Shown piece after piece: positions 1 through 6,015 of a DNA stretch of 64,000 bases (position 1 is its first letter; each line of letters begins with the position of its first letter). Below the pieces are notes generated by a model. That model did not search any database. It saw only the letters and a program-made list of their open reading frames with translations, and had not been told where the DNA came from. Source of the stretch: a virus (lineage: Duplodnaviria; Heunggongvirae; Uroviricota; Caudoviricetes); IMG/VR virus record IMGVR_UViG_3300024303_000011. One strand, written 5' to 3'. The position numbers and the translations under genes are program-made.

Positions 1-1
1 A

Positions 2-91
2 ATTTTTCCTATCTTAAATGTTGAAGTAGGAACTCAACGAGAACCAGAGAGCATTGAAACTGTAGTTGAAGTTGAGTGTGTATTGAAATAA
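2..91 (+). CDS. 3' fragment of an upstream CDS (29 codons, truncated by window edge)
   Basis: Open frame from window start to TAA at 89-91; overlaps RBS of next gene. Confidence 0.25.
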   Translation: MFPILNVEVGTQREPESIETVVEVECVLK

Positions 92-102
92 GGAGGATAA
101 AT

Positions 103-978
103 ATGTGTAGGCCAACTTTGATTTTGCTCGTTGGCGTTCCCGGCGTTGGGAAGTCTACTTATGCAAAAAATTATATCAGCGAAGGTACAAAGACGTCGGT
201 ACATCTCTCTTCCGATAAGATCCGCGAGGAGCTGTATGGGAACGAGTCCATTCAAGGAGATCCGGCAGAGGTATTCTCTCTTATGCAGAAAAGAGCAGTA
301 GAGGCGCTCAAAGAAGGCCATGATGTTATATATGATGCAACGAATGTAACCCGTCGTGATAGAGCAAGCATTATTGGGATCTGCCCCAAGTTTGCTAAGA
401 TTGAGGCACATGTTATCTGGGCACCCATAGAGGAGTGCATTAAACGTGATTCTGCAAGAGATCGTACCGTTGGCAAAGCAGTGATCGACAAGATGCTAAA
501 AAGATTTCAGGCTCCTTATTATGACGAGGGTATTGATGAAATTAAAATTATTACACCGGACGGCCACAATGCCGTGAAGTATGAGGTGGATTGCTATGAA
601 GCAATGAATATTCCGCACGACAACCCGCATCATACTAAAGACATTGGGGATCATTGTTTTATGGCTGGAGCGTATTTAGAAAAAAGATGTAATGATATAG
701 ATCTGATTAGAGCCGCAAGAATACACGATATAGGCAAACCATACACAAAGGCTTTTATCGACTCTAATGGAAATTCTTGTGAGCATGCGCATTATTATCA
801 GCATCAGGCCGTCGGAGCGTGGATGTCTTATGGTTGCAATAATATTACGGTCTATTCTGCGTGGCTCATTTCTACGCATATGGAACCATTCTTCAATAGC
901 AAGTATTATAAGAATCTTCCAGAGTGTCTGAAATACAAGATTGATTTGCTGCACGAAGCCGATCTTAATGCACATTAA
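103..978 (+). CDS. P-loop NTP-kinase fused to HD-domain phosphohydrolase (polynucleotide kinase/phosphatase-like RNA end-healing candidate)
   Basis: AGGAGG RBS at 91-96 then ATG 103 (ORF track starts at 76). Walker A GVPGVGKST. C-terminal HD motif pattern H..HD(IHDIGKP)..H..H..D. Confidence 0.6.
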   Translation: MCRPTLILLVGVPGVGKSTYAKNYISEGTKTSVHLSSDKIREELYGNESIQGDPAEVFSLMQKRAVEALKEGHDVIYDATNVTRRDRASIIGICPKFAKIEAHVIWAPIEECIKRDSARDRTVGKAVIDKMLKRFQAPYYDEGIDEIKIITPDGHNAVKYEVDCYEAMNIPHDNPHHTKDIGDHCFMAGAYLEKRCNDIDLIRAARIHDIGKPYTKAFIDSNGNSCEHAHYYQHQAVGAWMSYGCNNITVYSAWLISTHMEPFFNSKYYKNLPECLKYKIDLLHEADLNAH

Positions 979-1025
979 ATAAAAAGTGTACAATAAATTC
1001 AATTAAAGTTTGGTTATTTCGTCAA

Positions 1026-1054
1026 TAGACAAGACAAAATGATTATGCTATAAT
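1026..1054 (+). promoter_or_regulatory. sigma70-like promoter P0 (TAGACA-N17-TATAAT) with ACAAAATGATT in spacer
   Basis: -35 1026-1031, -10 1049-1054; cassette near-identical to P5 at 16383-16411 (TTCGTCAAT..ACAAAATGATT..TATAAT). Confidence 0.5.
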
Positions 1055-1091
1055 ATATACACGGTTGGAGATCTTCTAGATGAATTGATCC

Positions 1092-1112
1092 AATTGTAAA
1101 CGAATTGTAAAC
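1092..1112 (+). repeat. tandem direct repeat (G)AATTGTAAAC x2, upstream element of promoter P1
   Basis: caattgtaaacgaattgtaaacg; related to 20-mer TGTTAATGAATTGTAAATAA found upstream of P2 and P3. Confidence 0.6.
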
Positions 1113-1127
1113 GATTGCAGAACCCAC

Positions 1128-1156
1128 TTGACAGACACAATCGCTTATGATATAAT
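1128..1156 (+). promoter_or_regulatory. sigma70-like promoter P1 (TTGACA-N17-TATAAT) driving tRNA/hairpin-RNA/Ro60 array
   Basis: Perfect consensus hexamers with 17-nt spacer; ACAGAATGATTC motif 20 nt downstream (1176-1187). Confidence 0.65.
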
Positions 1157-1196
1157 ATATACACGATGAACACGACAGAATGATTCATCGTGATAC

Positions 1197-1323
1197 GGGA
1201 CGGTAGCTCAGCGGACAGAGCAACGTAAACATCAACCAATGCGGTTTGACAAAATCGTATGCAGCAATTTTAATGATAAGCCTTATAAGCCGTAGGTCGC
1301 AAGTTCGAATCTTGCTCGTCCCA
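1197..1323 (+). tRNA. tRNA gene with 54-nt insertion in anticodon stem (between nt 29/30); mature anticodon UAU (Ile-like) if insert removed
   Basis: Acceptor GGGACGG/TCGTCCC, D-arm GCTC-AGCGGACA-GAGC, T-arm GCAAG-TTCGAAT-CTTGC, variable AGGTC. 5' exon ends ..AACG(1225), 3' resumes GC-CTTATAA-GCCGT at 1280 giving stem ACGGC/GCCGT. Insert 1226-1279 contains GCAGCAATTTTAA. Confidence 0.5.
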
Positions 1324-1331
1324 ACTAATAT

Positions 1332-1449
1332 GCACGGATAGCTCAGTCGGTAGAGCACAGTAATAACAGGGTTTAGCCATAAGCCCTAACAGCAACTTTA
1401 CAAATGCTTGAGGAGCCTGGTGTCGCTGGTTCAAGTCCAGCTCCGTGCA
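1332..1449 (+). tRNA. tRNA gene with 45-nt insertion between nt 29/30; mature anticodon loop TTGAGGA (anticodon GAG, class I body) if insert removed
   Basis: Acceptor GCACGGA/TCCGTGC, D-arm GCTC-AGTCGGTA-GAGC, T-arm GCTGG-TTCAAGT-CCAGC. 5' exon ..ACAG(1360), 3' resumes GC(1406)-TTGAGGA-GCCTG. Insert 1361-1405 contains AACAGCAACTTTAC. Confidence 0.45.
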
Positions 1450-1456
1450 ACAATAC

Positions 1457-1575
1457 AGGGAGATAGTCAAGTGGTAAGACAATAGACGTCAATAAATAGT
1501 CTTGCTAAAGAGTATTCAGCAATCATAGACAACCAATTCTATGTATCGGTGGTTCGAATCCATCTCTCCCTGCCA
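1457..1575 (+). tRNA. tRNA gene with ~44-nt insertion in anticodon loop (stem ATAGA/TCTAT intact); anticodon not resolvable; CCA encoded
   Basis: Acceptor AGGGAGA/TCTCCCT perfect, D-arm GTC-AAGTGGTAA-GAC, T-arm GGTGG-TTCGAAT-CCATC. Loop plus insert 1487-1537 contains TTCAGCAATCAT; ATAGAC direct repeat at both insert ends. Confidence 0.45.
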
Positions 1576-1579
1576 TCAT

Positions 1580-1643
1580 AAGGCACTAACAGCAAACTTA
1601 GATACATAATTCTTGCTATTGAAATTAGATGTAAAGGTGCCTT
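1580..1643 (+). ncRNA. hairpin RNA element A (7-bp stem AAGGCAC/GTGCCTT, 50-nt loop starting TAACAGCAAACTTAG)
   Basis: Inverted repeat read directly; loop motif shared with elements B-D and with tRNA inserts. Confidence 0.4.
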
Positions 1644-1652
1644 GAATTTTAA

Positions 1653-1741
1653 AAGACGCACACAGCAAATTTACTAAGGATAATAAATTTATTTTGTGAA
1701 TGAATTTTAGTGGGTTCAAATCCCACAAGTTTATGCGTCTT
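1653..1741 (+). ncRNA. hairpin RNA element B (stem AAGACGC/GCGTCTT; loop starts ACACAGCAAATTTAC; contains internal T-arm-like GTGGG-TTCAAAT-CCCAC)
   Basis: Inverted repeat plus tRNA T-arm mimic at 1710-1726; Y-RNA-like architecture. Confidence 0.4.
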
Positions 1742-1749
1742 GTTCAAAA

Positions 1750-1815
1750 GAGAGACCAACAGCAAACTTTATTTGGCTCCATAAAATCACTCTGCCCTAG
1801 AGAAAACGGTCTCTC
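1750..1815 (+). ncRNA. hairpin RNA element C (stem GAGAGACC/GGTCTCTC; loop starts AACAGCAAACTTTATTTGG)
   Basis: 8-bp inverted repeat with conserved loop motif. Confidence 0.4.
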
Positions 1816-1833
1816 GAACGTTAATTATATCTT

Positions 1834-1890
1834 AAGACACGCACAGCAATTTCAAGGAATAGACTTTTAATCTATAAACCTACGTGTCTT
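1834..1890 (+). ncRNA. hairpin RNA element D (stem AAGACACG/CGTGTCTT; loop starts CACAGCAATTTCAAGG); ends 37 nt before Ro60-like start
   Basis: 8-bp inverted repeat with conserved loop motif. Confidence 0.4.
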
Positions 1891-1926
1891 GGATTGATTA
1901 TAAATAATATTTTGGAGGAAATCAAA

Positions 1927-3465
1927 ATGGCATTTATGGATTCAATCAAAAATGAACTCAACAACGAGAAGCGGATCACCGAGAACGGTGCTGTGGGTTA
2001 TCGTACCACAGGTAAGGGTCTGCTGGATCTCAACTTTAGCGTGGCTTCACTGAGAAACGCATCGGAAGCAGATATCATCGATAAGTTCATTCATGCTTAT
2101 TTCGAAGATAAGCTCACTGCCACTAAGTGGCTGTTCTATGCAAGAGACGCAAGAGAGGGCCTTGGTGAACGTAGACTGTTCCGAGTTGTTATGGAAGAGT
2201 TTGCGGTACAGCAGCCTGAGATCGTCAAAGAACTGATTAAGTTTGTGCCCGAATATGGTCGCTGGGACGATCTGTGGTGCATGCTTGATACAGACATGCA
2301 GACCGATATTGTTGATATGGTTCAGAAACAGCTTCTTATTGATCTTAATAATATGAAGTTGAACAAGTCGGTTTCTCTTCTTGGAAAGTGGATGCCTAGT
2401 GAAAATGCATCTTCTGCCGAGACGAAGGCACGAGCAACACTCATCAGAAACAAGCTTGACATGACATCCAAGTATTATCGTAAGATGCTATCTAAGTTGC
2501 GCAAGTACATTGACGTCGTCGAGTGCAAGATGTCTGCTAAGCAGTGGAGTGAAATCGATTACGAGGCAGTTCCCAGTAGAGCTAACCTGATTTACAATAA
2601 CGCTTTCCTTCGTAATGATGAAGAGCGTCGCAGAGAATATCTTGGCAAGCTTGAAAAGGGCGAAGCTAAGATTAACGCCGGAGTTCTGTTCCCTCATGAC
2701 ATTGTTCACAAATATGGTCGTTCTTATGGTGTAGATGCGGCTCTTGAAGGCATGTGGAAAGCACTGCCGGATACTGTAAAGGGTTGCGGTAATACAATCG
2801 TTGTGGCTGATGGATCTGGCAGTATGCAGGTTCGAGTAGGCAATACTGATGTATCTGCTCTTGAAGTTGCTAATTCTCTTGCAATTTACTTTGCAGAGCA
2901 TTCTTCCGGTGAGTTTAAGAATAAGTATATTACGTTCAGTGAAAGGCCTCAGCTGGTTGACTTTAGCAAGGCAAAGAACCTTCGTGAGAAGCTTAATATT
3001 GCACGTCAGCATAACGAGGTAGCTAATACCAACATTGAAGCGGTGTTCGATCTGATCCTGTCTACGGCTATCAATAACCATATGCATCAGGAAGATATTC
3101 CCGTAAATATTCTGATCATCTCAGATATGGAATTTGATGGCTGTGCAACTACCAATACGGTTAGACGCAGTGGTTGGTATGCTTCATATGAGCGTCCCAC
3201 CGCAACTCTTTTTGAAACAATTGAGAAGAAGTATAGAGCTGCTGGATATAAGATCCCGCGTCTCGTGTTCTGGAACGTAAATTCTAGAACTGGCACCATT
3301 CCTGTTAAGGAAAATGATCTTGGCGTAGCTCTTGTCAGTGGCTTCTCCGTCAACATTGCTAAGATGGTTATGTCTGGAAAGACTGATCCTTACGAGTGTT
3401 TGCTTGAGGCTCTGAATGTAGAGCGGTATCAGCCTATCGAGGATGCCATTAAAGACATTTGTTAA
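1927..3465 (+). CDS. rsr: Ro60/Rsr-like RNA-binding protein (TROVE domain + C-terminal vWA domain)
   Basis: GGAGGAA RBS then ATG 1927. C-terminal vWA MIDAS VVADGSGSM and ILIISDMEFDG resemble Ro60 LLAVDVSASM and FIVFTDNETF. N-terminal region Ro60-like (ENGAVGYRTTG...ARDAREGLGERRLF). Length 512 aa. Confidence 0.55.
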   Translation: MAFMDSIKNELNNEKRITENGAVGYRTTGKGLLDLNFSVASLRNASEADIIDKFIHAYFEDKLTATKWLFYARDAREGLGERRLFRVVMEEFAVQQPEIVKELIKFVPEYGRWDDLWCMLDTDMQTDIVDMVQKQLLIDLNNMKLNKSVSLLGKWMPSENASSAETKARATLIRNKLDMTSKYYRKMLSKLRKYIDVVECKMSAKQWSEIDYEAVPSRANLIYNNAFLRNDEERRREYLGKLEKGEAKINAGVLFPHDIVHKYGRSYGVDAALEGMWKALPDTVKGCGNTIVVADGSGSMQVRVGNTDVSALEVANSLAIYFAEHSSGEFKNKYITFSERPQLVDFSKAKNLREKLNIARQHNEVANTNIEAVFDLILSTAINNHMHQEDIPVNILIISDMEFDGCATTNTVRRSGWYASYERPTATLFETIEKKYRAAGYKIPRLVFWNVNSRTGTIPVKENDLGVALVSGFSVNIAKMVMSGKTDPYECLLEALNVERYQPIEDAIKDIC

Positions 3466-3479
3466 TGAATTGTAAATAA
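3460..3479 (+). promoter_or_regulatory. conserved 20-mer TGTTAATGAATTGTAAATAA (upstream promoter element), identical copy at 7681-7700
   Basis: Exact 20/20 identity; both copies end 14 nt before a TTGACA -35 box. Confidence 0.55.
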
Positions 3480-3492
3480 AATACAATCCATA

Positions 3493-3521
3493 TTGACAAG
3501 AGTTTAACAATGTGATATAAT
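3493..3521 (+). promoter_or_regulatory. sigma70-like promoter P2 (TTGACA-N17-TATAAT) with downstream ACAGAATGATTG (3531-3542)
   Basis: Consensus hexamers; same cassette architecture as P3. Confidence 0.6.
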
Positions 3522-4025
3522 AATCACACAACAGAATGATTGAGTAGTGAGTACAGATCCATATCGAGTATGCCACAACGTACAAACTCAAGTAGGTATC
3601 GCCGTAATGCGTCTTATGTACAAAGACATCTTGAGAGTGGCAGAGATTAGCCCAACGATGTTGTAAGCAGGTAGCATAGGCGACATTTGGAGTCGTCGGA
3701 GCCGTTCGAATCGGATGAGGGTGACCACAAAGAAAATCTCTTAAAAGTACGAGATATGAAAAAGCAAGGTAAACATTAATGAACAGCCTGGTCAGCATAT
3801 GAGGATATTAATGATTAATTAATAATGAATTGACCGTTGGAAGTGGGTGCACACACGAATCCAACCCTTGCTCCTGTGGGTGAAAGTCCTACAGCTCAAT
3901 CTAATATGCCAGTTACGGCTTTGAGTGGGTTCGAGTCCCACCGCTGGTGACAAGCGGCGTATACAGCCGCAAGTTTAGTACTAAGTGTTATGGCTGTTGA
4001 ATTAGCTACTCGACGGCTATAATAT

Positions 4026-4101
4026 GTGCCTGTAGCTCAGATGGAAGAGCACATGACTTTTAATCATGGGGTCGGGAGTTCGAGCCTCCCCAGGCACACC
4101 A
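4026..4101 (+). tRNA. tRNA-Lys (anticodon UUU), CCA encoded
   Basis: Acceptor GTGCCTG/CAGGCAC, anticodon arm CATGA-CTTTTAA-TCATG, T-arm GGGAG-TTCGAGC-CTCCC. Confidence 0.8.
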
Positions 4102-4298
4102 CACGAGGCATGTATCTGCTAATGAGATTAAGTCTACGGATACTGATTTCAGAATGCCAAAAGAGCCTGTCATAGAAGATGCGGATACAGTTAATTCTAT
4201 GGTCCAAGCATACACGGAGTAGAGTGGGTTAACTTGCGATAATTCAAGCAGTATGCATAAGAGGATAGCAAGTGACAGCCGGAATAGACGGCAACAAT

Positions 4299-4431
4299 GC
4301 GGGATTGGTGGAATGGCAGACACCGGGGACTTGTTCGAGAGCCAGAGCGAAGTGAGGTCATCACTCACCTTGAGCACCAAAAATCCCCTGGTAGCAATAC
4401 CGTATCGGTTCGAGTCCGATATCCCGCACCA
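4299..4431 (+). tRNA. class II tRNA (long variable arm) with ~47-54 nt insertion in anticodon loop; anticodon UAA (Leu) or UGA (Ser) depending on junction; CCA encoded
   Basis: Acceptor GCGGGAT/ATCCCGC, anticodon stem GGGGA/TCCCC separated by 54 nt, variable hairpin GGTA-GCAA-TACC, T-arm ATCGG-TTCGAGT-CCGAT. Confidence 0.5.
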
Positions 4432-4433
4432 AA

Positions 4434-4552
4434 TAGTCACCAACAGCAACTAAATTGTCTTCGTCATAATTGAAGATGTAGCTTAGAGGTTAGAGCATCA
4501 GCCGTGAAAAGCTGAAGACGCTGGTTCGAATCCAGTCTTTAAACGGTGACTA
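4434..4552 (+). ncRNA. tRNA-like ncRNA element E: terminal stem TAGTCACC/GGTGACTA, bulge with AACAGCAACTAAATTG, D-arm, 8-nt anticodon-like loop (TCAGC-CGTGAAAA-GCTGA), T-arm GCTGG-TTCGAAT-CCAGT
   Basis: Does not fold as canonical tRNA (acceptor cannot pair) but retains D/T arms; Y-RNA (YrlA)-like layout. Confidence 0.4.
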
Positions 4553-4558
4553 GATTAT

Positions 4559-4633
4559 GGAGAATGAAGTGTAATGGTTTGCACTCCGGCCCTGGGAGCT
4601 GGAAGAGAGGTTCGATTCCTACATTTTCCACCA
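4559..4633 (+). tRNA. tRNA-Pro-like (anticodon UGG) with C33 and weak T-stem; CCA encoded
   Basis: Acceptor GGAGAAT/ATTTTCC, D-arm AGTG-TAATGGTTTG-CACT, anticodon arm CCGGC-CCTGGGA-GCTGG, T-loop TTCGATT. Confidence 0.4.
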
Positions 4634-4663
4634 TTATAAATATAATAAGGATCACGTATTAAA

Positions 4664-5122
4664 ATGGCACATTCAGGATACTCTGACGATTTTTGTATAG
4701 TATGTGGTAAGAGATTATCAAGAGGTCATTTATCACAATATTGTCAAATTCATTACAATGAACAAAGAAGAAAAGAAAAAATTGAAAAATGGCTAGAAAG
4801 CGGAGACACGGGAACGTCGGTAGACACAACAATTCGTGGTGTTATTAGGGATTATATATTAGAACAACAAAACAAATGTTGTGCAATATGTGGCATTAAA
4901 AATGAATGGAATGGAATGCAACTGAATTTTGTTCTTGATCATATTAATGGAGACGCATCTGAATCATCAAGAGACAATTTGCGTTTAATATGCCCAAACT
5001 GCGATAGTCAATTAGATACATATAAATCAAAAAATAAAAATTCTTCACGAACTAAAAGAAAAGAATTCTTAAAAAACTTAAATACATACTCAAAAAACAA
5101 AAACAATGGGGAGTTAGCCTAA
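4664..5122 (+). CDS. HNH homing-type endonuclease (Zn-ribbon + HNH)
   Basis: CIVCGK..C, VLDHINGD...NLRLICPNCD HNH motif; 3' end overlaps tRNA-Ser by 15 nt. Confidence 0.6.
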   Translation: MAHSGYSDDFCIVCGKRLSRGHLSQYCQIHYNEQRRKEKIEKWLESGDTGTSVDTTIRGVIRDYILEQQNKCCAICGIKNEWNGMQLNFVLDHINGDASESSRDNLRLICPNCDSQLDTYKSKNKNSSRTKRKEFLKNLNTYSKNKNNGELA

Positions 5123-5195
5123 TTGGTAAGGCAGCAGACTTGAAATCTGCCGTTGGCGAAAGCCATTCAGGGTTCGAGTCCCTGGCTCCCCGCCA
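5108..5195 (+). tRNA. tRNA-Ser (anticodon UGA), class II, CCA encoded
   Basis: Acceptor GGGGAGT/GCTCCCC, anticodon arm GCAGA-CTTGAAA-TCTGC, variable hairpin TGGC-GAAA-GCCA, T-arm CAGGG-TTCGAGT-CCCTG. Confidence 0.75.
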
Positions 5196-5199
5196 ATAT

Positions 5200-5286
5200 G
5201 CGAATGTGACGGAATAGGCAGACGAGGCAGACTCAAAATCTGTTGCTAGAAATAGCGTGTGAGTTCGAGTCTCACCATTCGCACCA
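5200..5286 (+). tRNA. tRNA-Leu (anticodon CAA), class II, CCA encoded
   Basis: Acceptor GCGAATG/CATTCGC, anticodon arm CAGA-CTCAAAA-TCTG, variable GCTAGAAATAGC, T-arm GTGAG-TTCGAGT-CTCAC. Confidence 0.75.
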
Positions 5287-5424
5287 GTCCCTCAGTATGG
5301 AGAGGTTTAAGAATAAGCCGATGACAAGGCAAGGAATAGTGCCATACCACTATTTGATAACCATTCATATTTCTGTATTGGTCTTACATCACATGTCCTA
5401 CAACATGCTCTTTGTGGGAGATCT

Positions 5425-5500
5425 GCGGTAGTAACTCAATTGGTAGAGTACCTGCCCTCCAAGCAGGATGTTGCGAGTTCGAGTCTCGTCTATCGCTCCA
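5425..5500 (+). tRNA. tRNA-Gly-like (anticodon UCC; loop CCTCCAA with C33), CCA encoded
   Basis: Acceptor GCGGTAG/CTATCGC, anticodon stem CCTGC/GCAGG, T-arm GCGAG-TTCGAGT-CTCGT. Alternative Trp reading rejected because a canonical Trp loop CTCCAAA exists at 6252. Confidence 0.5.
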
Positions 5501-5505
5501 ATTAT

Positions 5506-5580
5506 GCCCCTGTAGCTCAGTGGAAGAGCAACGCCCTTCTAAGGCGACGGTCAGGAGTTCGAATCTCTTCAGGGGTGCCA
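5506..5580 (+). tRNA. tRNA-Arg (anticodon UCU), CCA encoded
   Basis: Acceptor GCCCCTG/CAGGGGT, anticodon arm ACGCC-CTTCTAA-GGCGA, T-arm AGGAG-TTCGAAT-CTCTT. Confidence 0.75.
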
Positions 5581-5703
5581 GCGGAATATACGTCACTTCT
5601 GTCGTCGTTGCTCAGCGGATAGCCATTGGTAGTGGAGCGAGCAGTCATGACACACTGCGACCAATGGGTTAACAAGGAAGGCAATGGTTTATTCCGCTTC
5701 ATA

Positions 5704-5780
5704 TGGGACATTAGCTCAGCTGGTCAGAGCATCCGGCTCATAACCGGGCGGTCCAAAGTTCGAATCTTTGATGTCCCACC
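5704..5780 (+). tRNA. tRNA-Met/Ile2 (anticodon CAU), CCA encoded
   Basis: Acceptor GGGACAT/ATGTCCC, anticodon arm TCCGG-CTCATAA-CCGGG, T-arm CAAAG-TTCGAAT-CTTTG. Confidence 0.75.
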
Positions 5781-5784
5781 AATA

Positions 5785-5877
5785 CGGAGGAGTACCCAAG
5801 TAGGTGAAGGGGCGGGTTTGCTAAACCTGTAGGTCATCGCAAGGTGGCGCGTGGGTTCGAACCCCACCTCCTCCGCC
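5785..5877 (+). tRNA. tRNA-Ser (anticodon GCU), class II, CCA encoded
   Basis: Acceptor GGAGGAG/CTCCTCC, anticodon arm CGGGT-TTGCTAA-ACCTG, long variable arm, T-arm GTGGG-TTCGAAC-CCCAC. Confidence 0.75.
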
Positions 5878-6015
5878 AGAAGAGCATCTGTCTTATGCTC
5901 TGCTAAAAGCATAGTGAAGGCGATATATAACCATAGACTTTGGATAGTTATGATACGGTTAGAGACTATCGCTATTATTTATCTTAGCGCTGAGATTTTT
6001 AGTAGTCCGTTTTAT

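Noticed and set aside
34-491. Minus-strand ORFs 34..411 and 252..491 overlapping the kinase-HD gene
   Set aside because: Antisense to a well-supported motif-bearing CDS, no RBS, biased composition; spurious.
1580-1890. Four tandem hairpins considered as a CRISPR-like array
   Set aside because: Stems differ in sequence, spacing is irregular, units are inverted repeats with conserved loops rather than identical direct repeats with unique spacers, and no cas genes are nearby.
2488-3798. Minus-strand ORFs (2488..3087, 3087..3356, 3184..3798) inside and after the Ro60-like gene
   Set aside because: Antisense to a long motif-bearing CDS or lying in the promoter/leader region; no RBS; spurious.
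4478-4552. Element at 4478-4552 as a canonical tRNA (anticodon UGA-like)
   Set aside because: No 7-bp acceptor pairing between residues flanking the D and T arms, and an 8-nt anticodon loop; treated as tRNA-like ncRNA instead.
5425-5500. Calling both 5425-5500 and 6252-6325 tRNA-Trp
   Set aside because: Only 6252 has the canonical Trp loop CUCCAAA; 5425 reads as UCC (Gly) in register with the stem, so assigned Gly-like with C33.
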